From an uncultured Mycoplasmatota bacterium (GTDB lineage: Bacteria; Bacillota_I; Bacilli_A; RF39; UBA660): a stretch of 56,546 nt of DNA. Below, piece by piece: positions 48,018-56,546 of the stretch. Numbering within the stretch: the first letter of the stretch is position 1; the number at the start of each line of letters is the position of its first letter. The notes beneath the pieces were generated by a model. That model ran no database searches. It was not told where the DNA came from and saw nothing but the letters and a program-made list of their open reading frames with translations. Location of the stretch: NCBI GenBank assembly GCA_948466735.1, contig CAOKBR010000002.1:1-56546 (forward strand), given 5' to 3'. The translations under genes and the position numbers were made by a program.

Positions 48018-48080
48018 TTAAAGAGTAAAAAGTCATTTTGAAAGTTCCGATATAAGGAATTTTCTTTTTTTTGTAAATAT

Positions 48081-48110
48081 TCGACAAATTTCAACAATTT
48101 TCGACAAATA
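48081..48110 (+). repeat. Three tandem 10-bp units upstream of the comK-like gene
   Basis: TCGACAAATT TCAACAATTT TCGACAAATA, with one helical turn periodicity, about 50 nt upstream of the ATG at 48157. Confidence 0.5.
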
Positions 48111-48156
48111 TCTTTGTTATTATAAGCAGCATATTTTTAAAGAAAGGAGGAATTTT

Positions 48157-48603
48157 ATGGATTCTTACGAAATTAATCCAAGTACATTGGCGATAATTCC
48201 TAACGGTGAAGAAAAGACAAAAGTTATTGAAAAAAATAAAGAATATATTGTTGAATCGTCTGCTTTTGCCGTTATGGAGAAGAGTTGTGAGTATTTTGGA
48301 AGTTCTTATGAAGGAAGAGTAAAAGGTACTAAGGCTGCTCTTGGAATTACTTATAAGCCTCCAATTGTAATTGAGGAGAGTAGAGACATTATTTTTTTTC
48401 CTACGTCATCACCGACTTCAACAAGTTGCAGTTGGATAAGTTTAAAAAACATAAAATCTTATAAACGAATACCAGGTGGAGTAAAAATTATATTTGAAAA
48501 TGATAAAGAGGCTATATTTCCTGTTTCTTTAGAATCATTTGAAAATCAGTTATATCGGGCAACTAGATTAGAAAGCGTATTAAGAAAACGTAGAATTGAT
48601 TAG
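48157..48603 (+). CDS. comK: ComK-family competence transcription factor homolog (short, 148 aa)
   Basis: Matches B. subtilis ComK blocks: SYEINPSTLAIIP (SYEVNGATIAVLP), SCEYFGSSYEGRVKGT (SCRFFGSSYAGRKAGT), YKPPIVI..IIFFPTSSPTSTSCSWIS (HKPPIMV..IFLFPTLSSTRPQCGWIS) and SFENQLYRA (SFENQVYRT). GGAGG RBS present. Confidence 0.85.
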   Translation: MDSYEINPSTLAIIPNGEEKTKVIEKNKEYIVESSAFAVMEKSCEYFGSSYEGRVKGTKAALGITYKPPIVIEESRDIIFFPTSSPTSTSCSWISLKNIKSYKRIPGGVKIIFENDKEAIFPVSLESFENQLYRATRLESVLRKRRID

Positions 48604-48769
48604 GCATAATTTAGTTTATGTCTTTTCTTTTTCACTTATTCTGTGGAAAAAATTAATTATTTGATATTTTTCTTTATAAATGGGTTTATTTATGTTATAA
48701 TTTTAGTACATGTATAGGTGTACTTATTATGAGTTGGGTGATGATAATGGGGGATTACATAAGAAATAA

Positions 48770-49888
48770 ATGTATATAAAGAAAATTTTCTTTTCTCAAT
48801 TTAGAAATTACAATCGTTTAACGATATATCCAAAAGAAGGAATAAACCTTTTTATTGGAAATAATGCTCAGGGTAAGACAAATATACTTGAAGGAATTTA
48901 TTTTTTAGCATTGACTAAGACATTTAAAAACACAGTGGAAGGAAATATTATTAAATTTAAAGAGGACTTGGCTGTTATTAAGGCAGAAGTATACAATGGA
49001 AAATATAATATAGATTTGGAAATACAATTAGAGCGTCATAGTAAAAAAGTTTTTAAAAATGGTAATAATATTAAAAAATATGCCGATTATATTTCTAATT
49101 TAAATGTAGTTTTATTCACACCAGATGATCTAAATTTAATAAAAGGTGCTCCTAATTATAGAAGAGATTCTATGAATTTAGAATTATCACAGTTATCTAA
49201 AGAATATTTAAAAATCTATAATGAATATAACAAAATTTTGAAAATGCGAAACGAATATTTAAAAAAATTGTATATTAGTTCTATAGCAGATCGGAGATAT
49301 TTAGATATTTTGACAGAAAAATTAGTTGAAAAAGAGTTATTTATTTATCAACTTCGCCATCGATATATTAATGATATAAATTGTTGTATAGAGAAGATTT
49401 TCAAACAATTTACAGGTCTTTCTAAGTTACATTTAGTCTATCAAAATAGTTTTGATGTTCCTTTTAATATGGACGATATTACTAGAAGAAAAATGATAGA
49501 AAAATATAATAATATTTACCAAAAAGAAGTCGCTTTAGGAATGACTTTACTTGGACCGCATCGTGATGATTTTTCGTTTCACTTAGATAATTTAGATCTT
49601 AAAACTTATGGTTCACAGGGGCAAATACGTTTAGCAATTGTAGCGTATAAAATTGCTGTTGCAGATATTTTTTGTGAAAAATTAAATCAATCGCCAATAT
49701 TATTATTAGATGATGTTTTAAGTGAAATAGATTCAGAAAAAATAAATATATTTTTTGAATCTTTAAAAGGAAAATATCAGATTTTCATAACTGCGACGGG
49801 TGTTAAAAATTTAAAAAAGAGTTTTCTTAAAGATGTTACTATTTTTAATGTGTGTCAAGGAAATGTAGAAAAAGAAAGGAGAAATTAA
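48770..49888 (+). CDS. recF: DNA replication and repair protein RecF
   Basis: FRNY..., Walker [14 protein letters not shown], signature SQGQ and [11 protein letters not shown]. Confidence 0.95.
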   Translation: MYIKKIFFSQFRNYNRLTIYPKEGINLFIGNNAQGKTNILEGIYFLALTKTFKNTVEGNIIKFKEDLAVIKAEVYNGKYNIDLEIQLERHSKKVFKNGNNIKKYADYISNLNVVLFTPDDLNLIKGAPNYRRDSMNLELSQLSKEYLKIYNEYNKILKMRNEYLKKLYISSIADRRYLDILTEKLVEKELFIYQLRHRYINDINCCIEKIFKQFTGLSKLHLVYQNSFDVPFNMDDITRRKMIEKYNNIYQKEVALGMTLLGPHRDDFSFHLDNLDLKTYGSQGQIRLAIVAYKIAVADIFCEKLNQSPILLLDDVLSEIDSEKINIFFESLKGKYQIFITATGVKNLKKSFLKDVTIFNVCQGNVEKERRN

Positions 49889-49889
49889 G

Positions 49890-51815
49890 ATGGAAGATAA
49901 AAATAAAGAAAAGTATGATTCCTCTTCAATTCAGGTATTGGAGGGATTAGAGGCTGTAAGAAAAAGACCAGGGATGTATATTGGTTCAACAAGCGAAAGA
50001 GGTTTGCATCATCTAGTTTGGGAAATTGTCGATAATTCAATAGATGAAGCATTAGCTGGATATGCAGATGATATTGAAGTTGAGGTAGGAAAAAATAATA
50101 CAATAACAGTAAAAGACGATGGTAGAGGAATACCAGTAGAAATTCATCCAAAAACTGGAAAATCAACAGTGGAAACTATTTTTACAGTATTGCATGCTGG
50201 TGGAAAATTTGGTGGAGGCGGATATAAGGTCTCTGGTGGGTTACACGGTGTAGGAGCAAGTGTTGTTAATGCGCTTAGTGAATGGTTAGAAGTTCGTGTT
50301 TATAAGGATGGTAACGTTTATTATCAAAAATTTGTTAACGGTGGACATTCAGTAGAGCCATTAAAAATTATTGATACGTGTGCAGAGGATAGAACAGGAA
50401 CAACAGTAACTTTTAAACCAGATTCTGAAATATTTACAGATACTACAGTATTTAATTTTGAGACGTTGAAAGTTCGATTAAGAGAATTAGCATTTTTAAA
50501 TAGAGGATTACGAATTATTTTAACTGATCACCGCCATGATGATGAAAAAATAGAATTTTTATATAATGGTGGTATCAGTGAATATGTAAAAATGTTAAAT
50601 GAAAATAAAACACCAATTCAAGAGACTATTATTGATGTAAATGGAAAAGACAAAGACATAATGTTAGAAGTGGCATTACAATATAATTCTACCTATAATT
50701 CTTGTATTTATTCTTTTGTTAATAATATTACTACCCCTGATGGAGGAACGCATGAAGATGGTGTTAGAAGAGCTTTAACAAGGATTTTAAATAAGTATGG
50801 AACCACATCTGGCATGTTAAAGACTAATGATGAATCATTAACTGGTGACGATGTTCGTGAAGGATTAACAATGATTATTTCAATAAAACATCCAAATCCA
50901 CAATTTGAAGGTCAAACAAAAACAAAATTAGGAAATAGTGAAGTACGTAGTATTGCTGATCGGATTTTTTCTGAGACTTTTGAACGTTTTTTAATGGAAC
51001 ATCCTGAAGAGGCGAGAATCATTGTTGATAAAGCGATGACCGCTAGTAGGGCACGTGTGGCAGCAAAGAAGGCTAGAGAATTGACTCGTAGAAAAGGGGA
51101 TTTAGATATTACTAATTTTTACGGTAAATTATCAGATTGTAAGAGCAAAGATGCATCAATTAGTGAAATCTTTTTAGTTGAAGGAGATTCCGCTGGTGGA
51201 AGTGCCATAAAAGGTAGAGATAGCATAACTCAAGCAATATTACCTTTACGTGGAAAGATTTTGAATGTGGAAAAGGCGAGATTGGATAGAGCTTTATCTA
51301 ATGAGGAAATTCGTACAATTATTACTGCTTTTGGAACAGGAATAGGGGAAGAGTTTGATTTGTCAAAGCTTCGTTATCACAAGATTATTATTATGACCGA
51401 TGCCGATGTTGATGGTAGTCATATTCGAGTATTATTACTTACGTTATTTTATCGTTTCTTTCGTCCTATTGTAGAGGCAGGGCACGTTTATGCGGCGCAA
51501 CCTCCATTATTTGTTATCAAGCATGGAAAAACGATTAAGTATGTATTAAATGAACAAGAGCGAGATGAGTATTTAGCTTCGTTATCCCCTAATACTAGGT
51601 ATGATATAGCCCGTATGAAAGGTTTAGGAGAGATGGACGCAGAAGAGCTAAACGAGACAACAATGGACATAAATAAGCGTATTTTAAGACAAATTACTGT
51701 TGAAGATGCTGTTAGTGCCGATGAAATTTTCTCAAAATTAATGGGAGAAGAAGTAGAACCACGACGAGAATTTATTGAAGAACATGCAACATATGTGGAA
51801 AATTTAGATATTTAG
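49890..51815 (+). CDS. gyrB: DNA gyrase subunit B
   Basis: [41 protein letters not shown] and [12 protein letters not shown]. Confidence 0.98.
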   Translation: MEDKNKEKYDSSSIQVLEGLEAVRKRPGMYIGSTSERGLHHLVWEIVDNSIDEALAGYADDIEVEVGKNNTITVKDDGRGIPVEIHPKTGKSTVETIFTVLHAGGKFGGGGYKVSGGLHGVGASVVNALSEWLEVRVYKDGNVYYQKFVNGGHSVEPLKIIDTCAEDRTGTTVTFKPDSEIFTDTTVFNFETLKVRLRELAFLNRGLRIILTDHRHDDEKIEFLYNGGISEYVKMLNENKTPIQETIIDVNGKDKDIMLEVALQYNSTYNSCIYSFVNNITTPDGGTHEDGVRRALTRILNKYGTTSGMLKTNDESLTGDDVREGLTMIISIKHPNPQFEGQTKTKLGNSEVRSIADRIFSETFERFLMEHPEEARIIVDKAMTASRARVAAKKARELTRRKGDLDITNFYGKLSDCKSKDASISEIFLVEGDSAGGSAIKGRDSITQAILPLRGKILNVEKARLDRALSNEEIRTIITAFGTGIGEEFDLSKLRYHKIIIMTDADVDGSHIRVLLLTLFYRFFRPIVEAGHVYAAQPPLFVIKHGKTIKYVLNEQERDEYLASLSPNTRYDIARMKGLGEMDAEELNETTMDINKRILRQITVEDAVSADEIFSKLMGEEVEPRREFIEEHATYVENLDI

Positions 51816-51827
51816 GAGGGGTTAAAA

Positions 51828-54281
51828 TTGGATAGATTAGAAAAAAATAATATTGTCAATGAAGTTAAAGATTCCTTTATGGAATATTCGATGAGTGTTA
51901 TTATTGCCCGTGCATTGCCAGATTTAAGAGATGGGTTAAAGCCAGTTCATCGTAGAATTTTGTATTCTATGTATGAATCTAGTTATACGCCTGATAAACC
52001 GCATAAGAAAAGTGCTAGAATTGTCGGAGATGTTATGGGTAAATATCATCCACACGGAGATTCTAGTATTTATGAAGCTATGGTAAGAATGGCACAAGAT
52101 TTTTCTTATCGTTATATGTTAGTAGACGGTCACGGAAACTTTGGTAATATAGAGGGTTACGGTGCTGCTGCTATGCGTTATACTGAATCTAGATTATCTA
52201 AAATTTCATTAGAATTATTGAGAAATATTAATAAAAATACGGTGGATTTTGTTCCTAACTTTGATGATAGTGAAAAAGAACCCGCTATTTTGCCATCACG
52301 TTTCCCCAATATTTTAGTAAATGGTACAACAGGTATTGCAGTAGGAATGGCAACTAATATTCCCCCTCATAATTTAGGTGAGGTAATTGATGGGTGTGTC
52401 GCTTATATTGATAATCCAAATATTGATTTAAGTGGATTAATGCAATATATCAAAGGACCTGACTTTCCAACAGGAGCTACTATTTTAGGTAATAGTGGAA
52501 TAAGGAAGGCTTATGAAACAGGTCGTGGAAGCATTACGATTCGTAGTAAGGCACAAATTGAGGAAAAAAATGGTAAGCAATATATCATCATTGATGAAGT
52601 TCCTTATGGTGTTAATACGCAAGAATTAAAAAATAAAGTAGCAGAATTAGTGCATAATAAAACAATAGATGGAATTGCTGATTATCATTCCGATTTAAAA
52701 AATGGTATAAAGATAACAATTACATTGAAAAAAGATGCGAATGCTCAGGTTATTTTAAATCAATTATATAAGCACACTTCTTTGCAAATTTCTTATGGTA
52801 TTATTTTCTTAATGTTAGATCAAGGTGTTCCTAAGACACTGGGTTTAAAAGATATTATTAGTAAATATATTGATTATCAAAAAGAAATAATTATAAGAAG
52901 AGTTCGTTTTGATTTAGAAAATGCAGAGAAAAGGGTACATATTTTAGAAGGTTTAAAGATAGCGTTAGATCATATTGACGCGGTAATAAAACTAATTCGT
53001 GGTTCAAAATCTGATGAAGAAGCAAAAACGGGATTAATGAGTCAATTTGCTTTAACAGAAATTCAGGCAAATTCTATTCTTGAAATGAGATTACGTCGTT
53101 TAACAGGTCTAGAACGCGAAAAAATTGAAAATGAATTAAATGAGTTATTAAAGTTAATTGACGAGTTAAGAGGGATTTTAGCAAGCAATGCTAAAGTATT
53201 AGATATTATTCGAACAGAATTATTAGAGATAAAAGATAAGTATGGTGATGAGAGAAGAACAGATATTGATATGACAGCTATAGAATATATTGAGGATGAA
53301 TCATTGATTCCAAAGGAAGATATTATTATTTCTCTTACAAGTAAAGGTTATATAAAACGGTTGCGCTCTGATACATATCGTACACAAAATCGTGGTGGAG
53401 TTGGAGTTAAAGGAATGACTACCAACGAAGAGGATTATGTAGATAAACTAATTTTAGCAAAAACTCATGATTATATATTATTCTTTTCCGATAAAGGAAA
53501 AGTATATAGGATTAAGGGATATGAAATTCCTGAATACAATCGTCAATCAAAGGGTTTACCTTTAATTAATTTGCTTTCTTTAGAAAAAGATGAAAGAATA
53601 AATTCAGTAATCTCAATAGATAAAAGCGAAGACACGAACAAACATTTGGTTTTTGTAACAAAAAAAGGTATTATTAAGAGAACATCTTTAACTGAATTTG
53701 ATAATATAAGAAATAATGGAAAGATAGCAATTATATTAAAAGAACAAGATAAGTTAATAGATGTTATGATTACAGACGGAACTAGTGAAATTGTTATTGG
53801 CGCTAGCAATGGCAGAATGGTGAGATTCTCTGAAAAAGAAATTAGAACAATGGGAAGAACAACTTCTGGTGTAAAAGGAATCGATTTAGACGGTAGTATA
53901 GTTGTTGGCGCTGGTACTGTAAATGAAAGTTCACAAATATTAGTTGTAACTAGAAAGGGTTATGGTAAAAGAACAGCAATAAATGAGTATAGATTGACTC
54001 ATCGTGGAAGTAAAGGTGTAAAAACTTTAAATGTCACTGATAAAAATGGAGACTTAATTGCTTTAAGAAGTGTAACTGGAGAAGAAAAAGTTATTATTGG
54101 TACTAATAACGGAATTATGATCAAAATGCCATTACAACAAATTTCAGTATTAGGAAGATCAACGCAAGGAACGAGATTAATCAATTTAAAAGAGCAACAA
54201 GAAGTAACCACTTTAGCTATTGTTAATCAAGAATATGATGAAGATGTAGATACAGAAGAGGTTGCAGTACAAGAAAATTAA
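51828..54281 (+). CDS. gyrA: DNA gyrase subunit A
   Basis: TTG start with [32 protein letters not shown], the catalytic AAMRYTE and a GyrA-box/beta-pinwheel C-terminal domain. Confidence 0.98.
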   Translation: MDRLEKNNIVNEVKDSFMEYSMSVIIARALPDLRDGLKPVHRRILYSMYESSYTPDKPHKKSARIVGDVMGKYHPHGDSSIYEAMVRMAQDFSYRYMLVDGHGNFGNIEGYGAAAMRYTESRLSKISLELLRNINKNTVDFVPNFDDSEKEPAILPSRFPNILVNGTTGIAVGMATNIPPHNLGEVIDGCVAYIDNPNIDLSGLMQYIKGPDFPTGATILGNSGIRKAYETGRGSITIRSKAQIEEKNGKQYIIIDEVPYGVNTQELKNKVAELVHNKTIDGIADYHSDLKNGIKITITLKKDANAQVILNQLYKHTSLQISYGIIFLMLDQGVPKTLGLKDIISKYIDYQKEIIIRRVRFDLENAEKRVHILEGLKIALDHIDAVIKLIRGSKSDEEAKTGLMSQFALTEIQANSILEMRLRRLTGLEREKIENELNELLKLIDELRGILASNAKVLDIIRTELLEIKDKYGDERRTDIDMTAIEYIEDESLIPKEDIIISLTSKGYIKRLRSDTYRTQNRGGVGVKGMTTNEEDYVDKLILAKTHDYILFFSDKGKVYRIKGYEIPEYNRQSKGLPLINLLSLEKDERINSVISIDKSEDTNKHLVFVTKKGIIKRTSLTEFDNIRNNGKIAIILKEQDKLIDVMITDGTSEIVIGASNGRMVRFSEKEIRTMGRTTSGVKGIDLDGSIVVGAGTVNESSQILVVTRKGYGKRTAINEYRLTHRGSKGVKTLNVTDKNGDLIALRSVTGEEKVIIGTNNGIMIKMPLQQISVLGRSTQGTRLINLKEQQEVTTLAIVNQEYDEDVDTEEVAVQEN

Positions 54282-54284
54282 TTA

Positions 54285-54300
54285 TGTTTCACGTGAAACA
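54285..54300. promoter_or_regulatory. parS site 1 (perfect TGTTTCACGTGAAACA)
   Basis: Exact 16-bp ParB/Spo0J consensus within the 20-bp palindrome 54283-54302. It begins 4 nt after the gyrA stop. Confidence 0.85.
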
Positions 54301-54310
54301 TATAAGTAAA

Positions 54311-54339
54311 AAGAATAAATTTAAAATTTATTCTTTTTT
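54311..54339 (+). terminator. Terminator after gyrA
   Basis: AAGAATAAAT-ttaaa-ATTTATTCTT followed by TTTT. The stem is entirely AT-rich, hence moderate confidence. Confidence 0.5.
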
Positions 54340-54459
54340 ATTTATTATATTAATACATGAACTTTTGACAAAAACAGAATATTGAAAAAATTTTAAATAA
54401 TATGAAGTATAAAAAATATCAATATCTATATGTGAATTTTATTATAAATAAGTATAGTA

Positions 54460-54475
54460 TGTTTCACGTGAAACA
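54460..54475. promoter_or_regulatory. parS site 2 (perfect TGTTTCACGTGAAACA)
   Basis: Within the 20-bp palindrome 54458-54477. Confidence 0.85.
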
Positions 54476-54651
54476 TAAAAGCAAATAAAAGAAATTCAAT
54501 TTCAATTGTTAAATCATAAAGCAAGCATACGCTGTAGGTATCATAAAAATAAGTAATTTAATAAATTGGTAAAGTATGATTAAAAGCACATTAAAAAGGT
54601 AATCTTACAAAGTACAATATGAATGTACATTTTTACATAAATAAGTTTATA

Positions 54652-54667
54652 TGTTTCACGTGAAACA
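54652..54667. promoter_or_regulatory. parS site 3 (perfect TGTTTCACGTGAAACA)
   Basis: Within the 26-bp palindrome 54647-54672 (TTATATGTTTCACGTGAAACATATAA). Confidence 0.85.
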
Positions 54668-54835
54668 TATAATAAGAAATTGCTTTTATTTTAACTATAT
54701 ATTATATATTTAGAACGCGTATATTATATGTAAGCATTAAACTAATAAAAAAACAAGTTTTCAATAAACATGATAGAAATTATAAAAAAATATATTGTAA
54801 ATATGCAAGGAATTTAAATATAAATGGATTTTCTA

Positions 54836-54851
54836 TGTTTCACGTGAAACA
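54836..54851. promoter_or_regulatory. parS site 4 (perfect TGTTTCACGTGAAACA)
   Basis: Within the 22-bp palindrome 54833-54854, about 20 nt upstream of the -35 of the SRP RNA promoter. Confidence 0.85.
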
Positions 54852-54871
54852 TAGTTTTATTAGTTAAAAAG

Positions 54872-54900
54872 TTGCAATAAATATTTAGTAATGATATAAT
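54872..54900 (+). promoter_or_regulatory. Sigma-A promoter of the SRP RNA gene
   Basis: TTGCAA (54872-54877), a 17-nt spacer ending in TGa, then TATAAT (54895-54900). The predicted transcription start is near 54907. Confidence 0.7.
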
Positions 54901-54906
54901 GAAAAC

Positions 54907-54985
54907 GTGCAATGATATTTATTGGAAACAGGTCAGGATTGGAAAATAGCAGCCTTAACAGTTAATGTCATGTGCACTTTTTATT
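54907..54985 (+). ncRNA. ffs: Small (4.5S-type) signal recognition particle RNA
   Basis: CAGGUCAGGAUUGGAAAAUAGCAGCCUUAA matches the universal domain IV of E. coli 4.5S, CAGGUCAGGUCCGGAAGGAAGCAGCCAAGG: GGAA tetraloop, a compensatory AUU/AAU stem and the conserved AGCAGC loop. The long closing helix GUGCAAUGAU.../...GUCAUGUGCAC is followed by UUUUUAUUUU. The 3' end is approximate. Confidence 0.85.
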
Positions 54986-55053
54986 TTAAATTTTTATAAT
55001 AGCAAACTAAAGTTCGCTATTGCAAAATTTGGGCAAAATATAATGGAGATATT

Positions 55054-55500
55054 ATGGAAGAAAACTATATGAGAATTGCTTTGGAAGAAGCAAAACAAGC
55101 TTTTAGAGAAAATGAAGTACCTATTGGAGCAGTACTAGTGGATTCTAATGGTAAAATTTTATCTAAAAATTATAACAGAAAAGAGCAAAATAAATGCTGT
55201 ATAGAGCATGCGGAAATGTTAGTTATTCAAGAAGCTTCAAAAATAAAGAATAATTGGAGATTAAATAATTGTTCTTTATACGTAACAGTAGAACCATGTC
55301 CTATGTGTATGAGTGCAATAAAACAATCAAGAATTAGCAAAGTTTACTTTGGATGTAGCAATAAAAATGTTTTAGAATCACAAATTTCGGAGGATATAGC
55401 TAAATTATCAGATGCCAATATTCCTGTAGAACTTTATCATGGTATATTGGAAGACGAATGTAAAAAAATATTGAGTTTATTTTTTGATCAAAAAAGATAA
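55054..55500 (+). CDS. tadA: tRNA-specific adenosine deaminase TadA
   Basis: CDA fold zinc motifs HAEMLVI and PCPMCMSAI, 148 aa. Confidence 0.93.
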   Translation: MEENYMRIALEEAKQAFRENEVPIGAVLVDSNGKILSKNYNRKEQNKCCIEHAEMLVIQEASKIKNNWRLNNCSLYVTVEPCPMCMSAIKQSRISKVYFGCSNKNVLESQISEDIAKLSDANIPVELYHGILEDECKKILSLFFDQKR

Positions 55501-55528
55501 AAAATTATTTCCCGGGAAATAATTTTTT
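55499..55528. promoter_or_regulatory. Second NBS-consensus palindrome (30-bp perfect palindrome)
   Basis: AAAAAATTATTTCCCGGGAAATAATTTTTT. The central 24 bp are identical to the copy at 42884-42907. It overlaps the tadA stop codon. Confidence 0.7.
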
Positions 55529-55592
55529 GAAAATAATCCTTTCTGTAAAAAAATGTATGTGATATAATATAAGTGAATTTGGAGGGATAACC

Positions 55593-56546
55593 ATGAGACA
55601 AGCATTATATAGAAAATATCGTCCAAAAGAGTTCCAAGATGTAGCTGGACAAATTGTACCTGTTAAAATTTTGAAAAATGCTATTTTAAATGAAATGGTA
55701 AGTCACGCTTATTTATTTTCAGGCCCCCGTGGTACAGGAAAAACGTCAATAGCAAAAATATTTGCAAAAAATGTTAATTGTCAACACAATAATGCAGGAT
55801 TGTCTTGTGGAACATGTGAGTTTTGTAAAGCAATTGAAAGCGGAAATTGTGTAGATATAGTTGAAATTGATGCTGCTTCTAATAATGGAGTGGACGAAAT
55901 ACGTGAATTGAAAAATAAAATTAATTTAGTTCCTGCTATAGTGAAATACAAAATTTATATTATTGATGAAGTACACATGCTATCTATTGGAGCTTTTAAT
56001 GCTTTATTGAAAACATTGGAAGAGCCACCTTCACATGTAATATTCATTCTAGCAACTACTGATTTGCATAAAGTTCCGTCTACAATTGTTTCTCGTTGCC
56101 AATGCTTAGAATTTAAAAAAATTTCTTCTATTCATATGGTGGAACGTCTAACATATATTTGTCATCAAGAAAATATAGAAATAGATGAACAAGTATTAGA
56201 AAAAATTGCGGAATATACCGATGGAGGATTGCGTGATGCTATTGGGCTACTTGATAAATTAGCATCATATGGAGACAATAAAATAACTATAAATGATTTT
56301 TATGATGTTATAGGTAGTGTTTCAGATAATACTATCCTGGAATTTTTGGGTTTTATTAAGAACAATGATAGGAAAAATGTGTTTAATTGTATAAATAATT
56401 TATATAATACTGGAAAAGATGTAGTTAATTATTTAGAACAAATGTCTGCTTTATTAATTAAAAATGTTAAAGAAAAATATATAAATAACAATACAGAAGA
56501 TTTACTTTTTTCTGAGGAACGAATAAATTTAATTTTAAAAATATTA
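55593..56546 (+). CDS. dnaX: DNA polymerase III subunit gamma/tau (5' part; continues beyond the window)
   Basis: GGAGGG RBS. MRQALYRKYRPKEFQDVAGQ..., Walker A GPRGTGKTS, a zinc module CQHNNAGLSCGTCEFCKAIESGNC, and IIDEVHMLS. Open to the window end, so it is not in the ORF track. Confidence 0.95.
   Translation, partial: MRQALYRKYRPKEFQDVAGQIVPVKILKNAILNEMVSHAYLFSGPRGTGKTSIAKIFAKNVNCQHNNAGLSCGTCEFCKAIESGNCVDIVEIDAASNNGVDEIRELKNKINLVPAIVKYKIYIIDEVHMLSIGAFNALLKTLEEPPSHVIFILATTDLHKVPSTIVSRCQCLEFKKISSIHMVERLTYICHQENIEIDEQVLEKIAEYTDGGLRDAIGLLDKLASYGDNKITINDFYDVIGSVSDNTILEFLGFIKNNDRKNVFNCINNLYNTGKDVVNYLEQMSALLIKNVKEKYINNNTEDLLFSEERINLILKIL

Noticed and set aside
48604-48769. Small [19 protein letters not shown] overlapping the recF start, and a GTACA..TGTAC hairpin. 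Considered as a leader peptide or yaaA remnant.
   Set aside because: It is too short, has no RBS and shows no similarity to the S4-domain YaaA. The hairpin is only 6 bp in AT-rich DNA.
54283-54854. Regularly spaced identical repeats, considered as a possible CRISPR array.
   Set aside because: The repeat is a perfect palindrome identical to parS. Spacers are about 160-175 bp, far longer than CRISPR spacers. There are only four copies, and no cas genes or leader are present.

Overview
This window is the replication-origin region of a very AT-rich, endospore-forming, low-GC Firmicute. The gene content is Bacilli/Erysipelotrichia-like: rpoE delta subunit, noc, comK, spoIIID, spoIIR, spoIIQ-like and gerQ. 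The taxonomic placement is inference only. Almost everything is conserved core genome in Bacillus-like synteny.

Left of about 45 kb nearly all genes are on the minus strand: secA, hpf, csp, tagO-like, mbl/mreB, spoIIID, spoIIQ-like, rpiB, rpmE, murA, fba, mntP, spoIIR, prmC, prfA, rpoE, argS, ung, rlmH, yycJ-like, dnaB, rplI, rpsR, ssb, rpsF, ychF, spo0J, soj, noc, rsmG, mnmG, mnmE, jag, yidC, rnpA and rpmH. Right of it the genes are on the plus strand: dnaA, dnaN, comK-like, recF, gyrB, gyrA, SRP RNA, tadA and dnaX. The polarity switch coincides with a bipartite oriC, with DnaA-box clusters on both sides of dnaA and a (TAA)n trio/AT-rich unwinding element just before dnaN.

Items the ORF track does not explain:
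- A tandem array of four perfect parS palindromes in a 770-bp non-coding gap after gyrA.
- Two copies of a 24-bp palindrome whose core is the exact Noc-binding-site consensus. They accompany a Noc-type ParB paralog that lacks the N-terminal membrane helix and carries a long insertion.
- An agr-type quorum-sensing locus (agrB and an unlisted 41-aa agrD, convergent with an AgrC-like kinase and a LytTR regulator).
- A ComK homolog in the dnaN-recF gap.
- A small SRP RNA with a consensus promoter.
- A jag/khpB gene broken at an A9 run.
- An integrase remnant with two in-frame stops at the left edge.

I found no CRISPR array, tRNA, rRNA or recognisable defence system. I see no evidence for a wholly new multi-gene system here. 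The most unusual structures are the centromere/nucleoid-occlusion DNA sites. All coordinates of non-ORF features were counted by hand from the sequence, and no database search was possible.
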